Under the pieces are notes generated by a model. The model had not been told where the DNA came from and did not search any database. It saw nothing but the letters and a program-made list of their open reading frames with translations. 56,469 bases of DNA, from the NCBI GenBank assembly GCA_964607485.1, contig CAZSKP010000030.1, positions 1 through 56,469 of the forward strand. Reading direction: 5' to 3'. The stretch's first letter is position 1; each line of letters begins with the position of its first letter. Source of the DNA: an uncultured bacterium. GTDB lineage: Bacteria; Abyssobacteria; SURF-5. Position numbers and translations under genes: made by a program. Below are positions 29,493 through 38,386 of the stretch, piece after piece.

Positions 29493-29532
29493 GAACAATG
29501 TTCATTATATCGCACAATCATCCATCTGTCAA
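29493..29532 (-). promoter_or_regulatory. Consensus sigma-70 promoter with adjacent palindromic operator
   Basis: Minus strand TTGACA (29527-29532), N17, TATAAT (29504-29509), followed by palindrome GAACA-A-TGTTC (29493-29503). Confidence 0.8.
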
Positions 29533-29595
29533 GTCTTTTTTGCAGGGGGACACAGATAAGTCGTGATGCCAGTAGTGTCCAGGGTCATGTGGGAA

Positions 29596-29621
29596 GTAGG
29601 GGCAGGCCCCCGCGCCTGCCC
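29596..29621. repeat. GTAG-type REP-like palindrome
   Basis: GTAG followed by a GGGCAGGC / GCCTGCCC stem, intergenic. Confidence 0.6.
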
Positions 29622-29735
29622 TGCGTCCTAGATGTGAATGCTCATTTCACAGCACACGCGGGTCATTTCCAAGCCTGGCTGGGATATCCAAAGCCGTGCT
29701 GCGAACATGCCAACGCATCTTCCTCGACAAAGAAT

Positions 29736-29762
29736 GTAGGGGCGCACGGCCGTGCGCCCCTA
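29736..29762. repeat. GTAG-type REP-like perfect palindrome
   Basis: TAGGGGCGCACGGCCGTGCGCCCCTA is a perfect 26-bp palindrome starting within GTAG. Confidence 0.7.
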
Positions 29763-29798
29763 TGTGAGAATGACAGGGTTCAGGTGGAAACAGGTTCT

Positions 29799-30389
29799 CT
29801 ATTCCATCGGCGGAAAATCGTCCGGCTCGGGCAGCTCGGAGGGGTCGTCAGCAGGACCTCTTCGCATGGGCCTGTCGCGTCTGTCCCAGCGCCGGCCACG
29901 AGCCTCGCAAATCATATCTCTCACGTGCCGTTTGAATTTTGGAACGAATAGTATCAACTTCGCCATCTGGGTGTCGTCCAGCAGCTTCGAGAGCTCGTCG
30001 AGTCTCTTGTTACGCATTTCGACAGCGTCGCGCTCGTTCTGCTTGAACTTTTCTATCATTTGACGCAGTGCCTTGGAGTCGGGATTATCCTTGGCGACCT
30101 CGTCGTTCATCTGCCTGAACAGTTCGTGCCTCTTCTCTCTCAACTCCCTCGCCTTCTCTTCCTGCTCACGCAGCAGGGGAAACAGCTTGGCCGCCGTCTC
30201 TTCGTCGAGGTCGAGCGCCTCGGTGAGCTTCCACATCTTCATCAATTCGATTCGCTCCCTCATCCGTTCCCGTTTCTGAACCCCCGGCCATTCGCCCGGC
30301 TTATCGAAAGCCTCCGCCCGAGCGAACACGACCGCCCCCAGAACGAGCGCCACGGCCACCGTTGTCGCTGCCATCCATTTCCTGCCCAT
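29799..30389 (-). CDS. Exported Spy/CpxP/ZraP-like helical protein
   Basis: Signal peptide MGRKWMAA..ARA; LTEALDL..E and LDDTQMAK (LTxxQ-like) motifs; GGAGG RBS; third gene of the ECF operon. Confidence 0.7.
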   Translation of the reverse strand: MGRKWMAATTVAVALVLGAVVFARAEAFDKPGEWPGVQKRERMRERIELMKMWKLTEALDLDEETAAKLFPLLREQEEKARELREKRHELFRQMNDEVAKDNPDSKALRQMIEKFKQNERDAVEMRNKRLDELSKLLDDTQMAKLILFVPKFKRHVRDMICEARGRRWDRRDRPMRRGPADDPSELPEPDDFPPME

Positions 30390-30405
30390 TTCCTTGCCTC
30401 CTTGT

Positions 30406-31062
30406 TCAGATTGACTCGAGCATATCATACATTTCTTCATACTCTTCGGAAGTCAGGTCATCCATGAAGTCATACACGCTCTGTTCATACATGTCATCGA
30501 TGACCTCCTCGTCCGAAGCAAGCTGCCAATCTTCTCCCAATAGGAGAGACGCATCATCGGCGACCTGCTCAATCTCTTCACTGGAGAGGTCGGCCAACGC
30601 GAGCATATCTTCGGCACTGGCATACGTGTCGAGGAGCTCAGGCTCGACATCGCCCGATTCGACGGTCTCCAGCCGGGTCGTCTGCGGGATAAGTTCGGGA
30701 GTCGTCCGCCGCCACTCAAGCAGTTCGGGCAGAACGAGAAGACCCAGCACAAACAACACGGCCACCGCCAGCGCTGTGGCAAGAGCGAGTTTCGGCTGCC
30801 ACGAAGATCTCCGGAGGGCCGGGGCCGCCTGCTCACCAGCGAGCCTCTGAGAGAGCCGCTTGTCGAAGCCTCGCCAGAATTCGGCATCGCGCTCGGGCAC
30901 TTCCAGCGAGAGGATGGTTTCCTTCACCTGTTCAATCTTCGAGAGCTCACTCCGGCACGCTTCGCATTCAGAGAGATGCCGCTCTACGCGCAGCCTCTTG
31001 CGGACGGCGAGCGCGTCTTCGGAGTAATCCACCAGCGCTTTTCGGACTCTGACACAGTTCAT
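30406..31062 (-). CDS. Zinc-finger (zf-HC2) anti-sigma factor
   Basis: MNC...HLSECEAC (HxxxCxxC), single TM, acidic C-terminus. Confidence 0.88.
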   Translation of the reverse strand: MNCVRVRKALVDYSEDALAVRKRLRVERHLSECEACRSELSKIEQVKETILSLEVPERDAEFWRGFDKRLSQRLAGEQAAPALRRSSWQPKLALATALAVAVLFVLGLLVLPELLEWRRTTPELIPQTTRLETVESGDVEPELLDTYASAEDMLALADLSSEEIEQVADDASLLLGEDWQLASDEEVIDDMYEQSVYDFMDDLTSEEYEEMYDMLESI

Positions 31063-31601
31063 AGGTCCTCCCCCGAGCGGGCCAATGCGTCTCTGAGCTT
31101 CAGAATGGCGTGGCGGTAGTTCACCTTGGCCGAGTTGGCGCTGCTGCCGACGGCGCGGCCGATCTCCTTAAACGACAGTCCCTGATAGGCCCTGAGGACA
31201 AGAACGGACTTCTGTTTGAATGGGAGCAACCTTATCTGTCGTTCAAGCCACATCTTTCGTTCCTCGTCCGCCATTTTCTCATGGGGAGAAGCGCCGACTT
31301 CTTCGCCGACGGTTTCGGGGTCAAGCTCGACATTCTTGCGGCGTCCTTTCAATTCGTTGTAGCAGAGGTTCATGGTGATCCTGTACAGCCATGTGCCGAA
31401 GCCGGCCTTGCGGCGGAACGAGCCCAGACCCTTGAATGCCCTGACGAAGGTTTCCTGCGCAATCTCCTCGGCGATCTCCGCATTCGCGACCATCCGATAC
31501 GCCGTTGCATAAACTCGTTTCTGGTGGCGAATGACCAGTTCGTCGAAGGCTGCGCGGTCTCCCGAAAGGAATCTCGCTATAAGGTCGTTATCCGATGCCA
31601 C
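31059..31601 (-). CDS. ECF sigma-70 factor
   Basis: AFDELVIRH, AEEIAQETFVRA, TWLYRITMN and region 4 GLSFKEI. Confidence 0.93.
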   Translation of the reverse strand: MASDNDLIARFLSGDRAAFDELVIRHQKRVYATAYRMVANAEIAEEIAQETFVRAFKGLGSFRRKAGFGTWLYRITMNLCYNELKGRRKNVELDPETVGEEVGASPHEKMADEERKMWLERQIRLLPFKQKSVLVLRAYQGLSFKEIGRAVGSSANSAKVNYRHAILKLRDALARSGEDL

Positions 31602-31621
31602 CGCTCGCCTTTCTCATCTTG

Positions 31622-31648
31622 TTAGACTCGCAAGGAGGCAAAAGGTTA
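31622..31648 (-). promoter_or_regulatory. Putative autoregulatory ECF promoter
   Basis: Minus strand TAACCT-N16-TCTAA resembles RpoE/AlgU GAACTT-N16-TCTAA, about 20 bp upstream of the sigma start. Confidence 0.6.
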
Positions 31649-31901
31649 AACCCGCGCAATGGAACCGCGTGGGTTCTGGCACTACGATATTATACCCCGA
31701 TTTTGACAAGTGGAGGGAGCGAGCGCCACGGATGTGTCGGCCGGTGGTGGCTCTGGTCCATGTTGAGCAGTTGTTCCGAGGTTCGGAATATGGTCGGAAT
31801 ATGGGGCGAGTCAAGAGGGGGGTCGGGCGGGGATCCGACTCATAAAGGCAGGGCTATTTGACAGCCGATAAACGTCCCCGCCAGCCGTTTTTTGTCAGTT
31901 T

Positions 31902-32192
31902 CTAGTAACGGACTTCGTCGGCCCTGCAAGCGGGCATCGGGGACGCTTCGGGCGCCGCTTTTTCCTTCCTTTCGGGAGGAAGCACGATCAGAATGATAAG
32001 CGCCAACAGGCAGCCAATGTCCAAAAGCATGAAGAAAGGCATCACGGGGCCGGCGCTGCCTCCGAGCATCCCGATCACAAAACCCACGGAGAACGCGATA
32101 GAAACCGCCGCTCCCAACGGGATAAGCGCCCACCACTTCCAGCCTCTTCTCCATGCGATGACCGTCAGCACTATCTCTATGATCATTACCAT
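31902..32192 (-). CDS. Small membrane protein of unknown function
   Basis: Three hydrophobic segments, WRRGWKWW; strong AAGGAGG RBS. Confidence 0.7.
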   Translation of the reverse strand: MVMIIEIVLTVIAWRRGWKWWALIPLGAAVSIAFSVGFVIGMLGGSAGPVMPFFMLLDIGCLLALIILIVLPPERKEKAAPEASPMPACRADEVRY

Positions 32193-32564
32193 GGTCCTGT
32201 TCCTTTCCCTCCTTACCCCTCCTGGTTGTGATGCTTCTCAATCAGCGAAGTACGGTGGTTTCGCGCAACCGGACCGGACGAAAAGCGGCATCCGCTCGAC
32301 GCTCCGGAGGCGTGACGCACCTGTATTGAGCAAGAATCAAGCCAATTACACGGGGCACGGCCCCCTATTTCACCGTGTCAATTCCGGCCCCGATTGCGGC
32401 GAGCGGTCGGCTACCTGGGCTCTCGCCTCATCACGCAAGATCACCTCAGCCGTATCCCCGTTGACTTGATGGAACATCCGATGATATTTTATATGTGCGA
32501 GAGAAGGTGCGGACTGGCGCTTGATCGTAATCATCGTAATCGAGGAAGAAGGGGTGCCCACGAG

Positions 32565-33725
32565 ATGAGCAAGGCGAAAAGCAAGGATTTCCGCTTCACT
32601 CATATCGAGATGCGGAACTGGCGCAACTTTGCCCAGGTCTCGGTGGGCCTGGAACGCCGGGTATTCCTCGTAGGCGCAAACGCCTCAGGGAAATCAAACT
32701 TCCTCGACGCCTTTCGCTTCCTTCACGACACTGTGTCGGTTGGCGGCGGCTTTCAAGAGGCTGTTCGCAAACGAGGAGGAGTTTCCAGCTTGCGCTGCCT
32801 CGCGGCTCGCCGCTATCCGGACGTTGAGATTCGGATGCAGATCGGCACCGGGGAAACACCCACGGCCTGGCGATACGAGCTGACTTTCAACCAAGACAAG
32901 CTTCGACGCCCCATCATCAAACGGGAGTGCGTGAGGAAGGAAGGCGTTACCATCCTGACACGACCGGACAAAAAGGACGCTGGAGACCGGGAGCGCCTGA
33001 CGCAGACGTACCTGGAGCAGGTTCACGCAAATCAACCATTCCGCGATGTGGCCGACTTTCTTTCATCGGTCCGTTATCTTCATATCGTCCCCCAGTTGGT
33101 TCGGGAACCCGAGCGGTCGGTTGGTCGAAGGAAAGACCCGCTCGGAGGCGATTTCCTTGAGCAAATCGCCCGGACACCGGAGAGGACGAGAAACGCCCGT
33201 TTGCGACGCATTGTGGAAGCCCTGCGCATCGCCGTGCCGCAGCTTCAAGAACTGGATCTGGTGCGGGACCAAAGGGGAAACCCTCACCTTCAGGGGAAAT
33301 ATGAGCATTGGCGGTCTCGAGGGGCATGGCAAACCGAAGAACAGTTCTCCGACGGAACCCTCCGGCTCCTCGGCCTGCTGTGGGTCTCGCTCGATGGAAC
33401 GGGTCCTCTACTTCTGGAAGAACCCGAGCTCTCGCTTCATCCTGACGTGGTGCGAGCCATCCCTCAGATGTTGGCTCGCGTGCAACGCAGATATGGTCGC
33501 CAGGTGATGATCAGCACGCACTCAAGCGACCTGTTGCGCGACGAAGGTATCGGTTTGGACGAAGTACTGCTCTTCCTTCCTGAAGCCGAAGGCACATCCG
33601 TCAGACCCGCCGACAGCTTCGAGGAGATACGGGTTCTGCTCGAAGGAGGCTCGGTTCTCGCCGATGCCGTGATACCTTACACCCGCCCGGAGAAGGTCGA
33701 GCAGCTGATGCTCTTTGGGGACTAG
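32565..33725 (+). CDS. ABC-type ATPase (AAA_21/RecF/OLD-like)
   Basis: MRNWRNF, Walker A GANASGKS, signature FSDGT, Walker B LLLEEPE..LHP, H-loop STHS. Confidence 0.88.
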   Translation: MSKAKSKDFRFTHIEMRNWRNFAQVSVGLERRVFLVGANASGKSNFLDAFRFLHDTVSVGGGFQEAVRKRGGVSSLRCLAARRYPDVEIRMQIGTGETPTAWRYELTFNQDKLRRPIIKRECVRKEGVTILTRPDKKDAGDRERLTQTYLEQVHANQPFRDVADFLSSVRYLHIVPQLVREPERSVGRRKDPLGGDFLEQIARTPERTRNARLRRIVEALRIAVPQLQELDLVRDQRGNPHLQGKYEHWRSRGAWQTEEQFSDGTLRLLGLLWVSLDGTGPLLLEEPELSLHPDVVRAIPQMLARVQRRYGRQVMISTHSSDLLRDEGIGLDEVLLFLPEAEGTSVRPADSFEEIRVLLEGGSVLADAVIPYTRPEKVEQLMLFGD

Positions 33726-33728
33726 CCA

Positions 33729-34349
33729 ATGGCCAAATCGAAGCGTATCAAAATCTCCGGGGCGGTGGAAGGCTTCATCGACGAAGCGGTTCTGCGCCGC
33801 ATCCTGCGGGAAGTGGGAGCTCGCCCGGGAACAATTTACGGCAAACACGGAAAACATTTTCTTCGCAAGAGGCTTGGCGGATACAACCGCGCCGCTCAGC
33901 TTTCTCCGTGGGTTGTCCTCGTGGACCTCGACCACGATGCCGATTGTGCGCCGCCTTTCCGCGAGACGTGGCTTCCGAATCCGTCGCCCCTTATGTGTTT
34001 CAGAGTGGCAGTGAGAGAAATCGAATCGTGGCTGTTCGCTGACCGTGAGCGTTTGGCGCGATTCTTGGGCGTTGGAGTTTCCCTCATTCCTGAGGAACCC
34101 GAAACGGTCGAGTACCCGAAACGCGCGATGATCGAAATCGCCAATGCTTCTCGTCGCAGACAGATTCGGGAAGACATGGTCCCGAGGCCCAATAGCAGGC
34201 GCAAGGTCGGGCCGGCCTACAATTCGCGCTTGGTCCAGTTTGTAAGCGATGAAAGTCACGGATGGCGGCCGCACGTCGCAGCGAGTGCGTCGGAAAGTGT
34301 GAAGCGGTGCCTCCAGAGATTGCGACGGTTGATAAGAACCTATACCTGA
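33729..34349 (+). CDS. TOPRIM-like protein (DUF4276-like) coupled to the ABC ATPase
   Basis: AVEGFID (TOPRIM Glu), VLVDLD (DxD) and REIESWLFAD; 3-bp gap from the ATPase. Confidence 0.7.
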   Translation: MAKSKRIKISGAVEGFIDEAVLRRILREVGARPGTIYGKHGKHFLRKRLGGYNRAAQLSPWVVLVDLDHDADCAPPFRETWLPNPSPLMCFRVAVREIESWLFADRERLARFLGVGVSLIPEEPETVEYPKRAMIEIANASRRRQIREDMVPRPNSRRKVGPAYNSRLVQFVSDESHGWRPHVAASASESVKRCLQRLRRLIRTYT

Positions 34350-34408
34350 GTCATATCTCGACGAGTTTTCAACTCGGTTCATTTTGGCGTAAGTCTTGGA
34401 GCAAATAG

Positions 34409-35296
34409 ATGAGCAAAAAGGAAAGAGAGAGGCTCGGCGGTGTGGAGCGGTTTTTCGAGGAGCACCATTACACGGAAGAGCCGTACTACCTGCCGATTCG
34501 GGACGAGGTCGAGGTATTCCGGGCGGCATTCTCGGCCCGGTTGCCGGTGCTGTTAAAGGGGCCGACCGGCTGCGGCAAAACGCGGTTCATCGAATACATG
34601 GCCTACACGCTCCAGCAGGAACGCATCGCCCAGGGCCTCGAATCGCCCGACGAGATGACTTCCCCGCTCATCACGGTCGCTTGTCACGAGGACCTGAGCG
34701 CAAGCGACCTGGTGGGCCGATACCTGCTCAAGGGGGAGGAGACCGTGTGGATCGACGGGCCTCTCACGCGCGCGGTCAAGATCGGTGCCATCTGTTACCT
34801 CGATGAGATAGTCGAGGCTCGCAAGGACACCACGGTGCTCATCCATCCGCTGGCCGATTACAGGAGAATCCTTCCCGTCGAGAAGAAGGGCCAGATGATA
34901 CAGGCGCACGAGAGCTTTCTGCTCGTCATATCGTACAACCCCGGCTACCAGAGCGTCCTCAAGAACCTCAAGCACAGCACGCGCCAGCGGTTCGTCGCGG
35001 TCGACTTCGACTATCCGCCTAGGGAAATAGAGGCGCGGATAGTCGCTCACGAAAGCGGCGCCGACGCGGACACCTCAGAAAGGCTCGCCCTGCTCGGCGA
35101 GAAGACGCGCCACCTGCGCGACCACGGGCTTGAGGAAGGAGTGAGCACACGCCTGCTCATCTACGCGGGCAAGCTGATGGTCTCCGGCATCGCCCCCCGC
35201 CGCGCGTGCGAGTTGGCCGTGGCCAAGTCCGTGACCGATGACCGCGAGACCGAGCGCGCCGTGACCGAAATAACGAGAAGTATCTTCGAGACATGA
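34409..35296 (+). CDS. CbbQ/NirQ/NorQ-family MoxR AAA+ ATPase
   Basis: [39 protein letters not shown] and [13 protein letters not shown]. Confidence 0.93.
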   Translation: MSKKERERLGGVERFFEEHHYTEEPYYLPIRDEVEVFRAAFSARLPVLLKGPTGCGKTRFIEYMAYTLQQERIAQGLESPDEMTSPLITVACHEDLSASDLVGRYLLKGEETVWIDGPLTRAVKIGAICYLDEIVEARKDTTVLIHPLADYRRILPVEKKGQMIQAHESFLLVISYNPGYQSVLKNLKHSTRQRFVAVDFDYPPREIEARIVAHESGADADTSERLALLGEKTRHLRDHGLEEGVSTRLLIYAGKLMVSGIAPRRACELAVAKSVTDDRETERAVTEITRSIFET

Positions 35297-37914
35297 AGAA
35301 GAGAGACAGAGACGCCGCCGCAGCCACGGCCGAGGCGATCTCGAAGGCGGCGGAGAATCTCCGGGAACCATCCCGGACCGTGCTGGGGGAGCTCCTGCGC
35401 TCGATCGCCCGGTCCAGCCCCAAGGCCGCTCTCCGCTGCGCCGACAACACAGCGGGCATACTCCACCAGCTTAACCAATCGCAGCAGTCCTTTTTCCTGT
35501 CGCAGGCCGCGGCTTTGGCCGACTTGCCCGAGGCTGCAACCGAATTCTTCTGCGGCTGCGCGGAGCTTCTGCATTACCTCGACGAAGACGACCTGCGCTC
35601 GTGGGTCGAACAGGGCAGAATGATGGGCCTGGAGAATCCCGATGCGGCAGTGGCCTTTTTCAGGCGGGAATCGCTGGCGAGCATTTCCTCTTTGCGACGG
35701 CTGCGCCGGTCGGTTCACTTGGGCGAGGTCGGCCGCCTCCTCCAGCTCTACTGCACGGCGCTTGCCGAAAGAGCGGTGGGCGTGAAGAAAACCGCCGATG
35801 CGCCCCGGGAACTGGTTCGAGAAGGCCACCACCTCCCGCTGACCGACGGCAAGACGATATACCTGCCCGAGCAGCTCAACAAACATTTGTCGCGCGACGA
35901 GAACTTCGAAGAGTACAAGGTGCTCACGGCGCACCAGGCGGGGTATATCGAGTTCGGCACGTTCGACCTTGACATCGACGTTCTGCTCGACCATCCCTCT
36001 TTCGCCGCACTCGCCCGACGAAACGGGAGCGGCAAATCAAGCGCTGTGGCTTCGCACTATGAACTGTTCTTCCGGATATTTCAAGACGAGCAGTTGGCCC
36101 GCGACATCTTCTTCGCGATTGAGGACGGCCGCGTCGATTTCCGGCTCCGCGACAAGTACCGGGGCCTGGCGGGGGAGATGGCAAAGGTCGCGCTCGCCTC
36201 GCTCGATGGGAGGCCCGCGCCGTCATCGCTCCCCCTGAGGGAAGCGCTTGTGGAGAGCCTCGTGCGGCTTTCCATCAGCGGACAGATCGAAGAGTCGCTT
36301 CCCGAGGAAGCCCTGCCCCTGTACCGGCACTTATGTGCGATGTTCTCCCGCGTCCTGAACCGCAAGGCGACCGTGACCGATTCCGCCATGGCGACGGCCC
36401 GCCTCTATTTCGTCCTGGGCGCTCTCCCGAACGTCTCGATGGATTCTCCGTCCTGCGTCCCGGCGCTCCGGCCGGCAGGCTCTCCGTTTCTTGGAGCGCC
36501 GGGTCCCGAAGCCGGAACGCCCGGGGCCGCCGCTCCGGAGGATGAAGCTCACGCGTATTCTCCGGCCCGGCCCGTGCCTTACCGGGGCCAGACAAGGCCA
36601 GAGCTGGTTCAGTTCGAAATGGCGATTGAGTTGTTGAGGGAAGTGGTCGCCGATTCCGAGGAAGAGGGCGCTCCGCTGACGCGCGAGATGCTCGAAGAGC
36701 TTCTGAGGCGGGGAGCCAAGCTAAAGATCAGCCGGATGACGCCGAAGGAACTGGCCGAGACATCGGGCCTGTTCATCACCGACCTCAAGGGAGTGCTGCA
36801 GGAGAAGCTGGAGGAGCTCTCTCCCAACGAGAGAAAGAAGCTCGCCAAGTTGCTCCAGCAGGCCTCCGTGCTGAAATCGGAAGAGGCGGATTCCGCACGG
36901 GTTTTTCTCTATGACGAGTGGGATTACCTCATCGGAGACTACCGCCCGCGCTGGTGCCGGTTGCGCGAGGTTCCGCTAGAGGGCGGCTCCGGCGAGACGG
37001 TTGCCCGAATCCAGAAAGAGCGCTCGGCGCTCATATCGGCCGTGCGGCGTCATTTCCAGCGGATACGCCCCGAGATGCTGCACAGGGTGAAGCGTCTGCG
37101 GAGCGGCGAGGAAATCGAGCTGAACGACGCTATCGAGGCTGTTATCGACCGCAAGGCAGGCCTGACGCCTTCGGAGAGAATCTATCAGAAACGCGAGCGG
37201 CGGATGCGCGACGTCGCCACTGCGTTCCTCCTGGACCTGAGCGCATCGACCGACGAGTGGGTGGTCGAGGGGCCCGCTCCGCCGCGCGGCGTCCCTGCGA
37301 CGACTTCGCGCAGAACTCTATACGACACCTTGGCCCGCGGTAAGGCGGAGGGGTCGGCCGGGGGATTTTTCCCGCCCGAGGGCGCGAAGCGCGTGATCGA
37401 CATCGAGCGGGAGGCGCTCGTCATAATGGCCGAGGCGCTGGAAAGCCTGGGCGACGAGTACGCCATTTACGGTTTCTCCGGGTATGGACGGGACAACGTG
37501 GAATTTTTCCCCATCAAGGATTTCTCCGAGAAATATTCCGAGCGGGCGCGCTGCCGCATTGGAGCGATCAAGCCGCGCAAGAGCACGCGAATGGGCCCCG
37601 CCATACGACACGCGCTGGAAAAGCTTGCAGGCACGGGCTGCCGGCTGAAGGTCCTCATCCTGCTGAGCGATGGGTATCCACAGGACTTCGATTACGGCCC
37701 CGACCGGTCGAGCCGCGATTATGGCCTGCACGACACCACCGCGGCGCTTCAGGAGGCGCGCAGAAAGAACGTGCACACCTTCTGCGTGACGGTTGACCAG
37801 GCGGGCAACGACTACCTGCGCGAGATGTGCGGCGGAGAAAACTATCTCGTCGTGAAGAGGCCGAGCGCGCTGCCGAGGATTCTGCCGCGCGTGTATCGAG
37901 GGCTGACGGTGTGA
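35293..37914 (+). CDS. NorD/CbbO-like von Willebrand A domain protein
   Basis: ATGA overlap with the AAA+ gene; [25 protein letters not shown] and LSDGYP. Confidence 0.9.
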   Translation: MKKRDRDAAAATAEAISKAAENLREPSRTVLGELLRSIARSSPKAALRCADNTAGILHQLNQSQQSFFLSQAAALADLPEAATEFFCGCAELLHYLDEDDLRSWVEQGRMMGLENPDAAVAFFRRESLASISSLRRLRRSVHLGEVGRLLQLYCTALAERAVGVKKTADAPRELVREGHHLPLTDGKTIYLPEQLNKHLSRDENFEEYKVLTAHQAGYIEFGTFDLDIDVLLDHPSFAALARRNGSGKSSAVASHYELFFRIFQDEQLARDIFFAIEDGRVDFRLRDKYRGLAGEMAKVALASLDGRPAPSSLPLREALVESLVRLSISGQIEESLPEEALPLYRHLCAMFSRVLNRKATVTDSAMATARLYFVLGALPNVSMDSPSCVPALRPAGSPFLGAPGPEAGTPGAAAPEDEAHAYSPARPVPYRGQTRPELVQFEMAIELLREVVADSEEEGAPLTREMLEELLRRGAKLKISRMTPKELAETSGLFITDLKGVLQEKLEELSPNERKKLAKLLQQASVLKSEEADSARVFLYDEWDYLIGDYRPRWCRLREVPLEGGSGETVARIQKERSALISAVRRHFQRIRPEMLHRVKRLRSGEEIELNDAIEAVIDRKAGLTPSERIYQKRERRMRDVATAFLLDLSASTDEWVVEGPAPPRGVPATTSRRTLYDTLARGKAEGSAGGFFPPEGAKRVIDIEREALVIMAEALESLGDEYAIYGFSGYGRDNVEFFPIKDFSEKYSERARCRIGAIKPRKSTRMGPAIRHALEKLAGTGCRLKVLILLSDGYPQDFDYGPDRSSRDYGLHDTTAALQEARRKNVHTFCVTVDQAGNDYLREMCGGENYLVVKRPSALPRILPRVYRGLTV

Positions 37915-37924
37915 GGTCTCGTCC

Positions 37925-38386
37925 ATGAACGCCGAGGGAATCATGCTGGCCGTGGGCGCGGTGATCAGAGACCGCGACGACCGCGTGCTCCTCGTTCGGC
38001 ACAGGCCCGAACGCGGCGGATTCTGGCAGGGAAAGTGGATTTGTCCGGGCGGCAGCCTAGAGCCGGGCGAGACACTCGCCGACGGAGCGCTCCGGGAAGT
38101 CCGCGAAGAGACGCATCTCGATATAAAACTCGGTCGGGTGCTGCCTCCCTTCGAGACGGTCTTCCGCGAGGGCGGCGCCGTACGGTTGCATGTCGTGTAC
38201 GTGGACTTCCTCGCGGAGCCGACCGGCGGCGAGCTCAGGCCCGACGACGACGTGGGCGAGGCCGAATGGTGGGACCGCGCGACCCTGAGCGAACGCTGGG
38301 ATGAACTGCACCCCGACACCAAGCGCCTACTGTCGCTTGCGGGTTACGCCGGGGATTCTCCCGCTCCTCCGGAAGAGGTTGAATGA
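37925..38386 (+). CDS. Nudix hydrolase
   Basis: Nudix box GGSLEPGETLADGALREVREET. Confidence 0.92.
   Translation: MNAEGIMLAVGAVIRDRDDRVLLVRHRPERGGFWQGKWICPGGSLEPGETLADGALREVREETHLDIKLGRVLPPFETVFREGGAVRLHVVYVDFLAEPTGGELRPDDDVGEAEWWDRATLSERWDELHPDTKRLLSLAGYAGDSPAPPEEVE

Noticed and set aside
27508-29951. 480-aa and 359-aa + strand ORFs
   Set aside because: Antisense shadows of the acyl-CoA dehydrogenase and TetR genes
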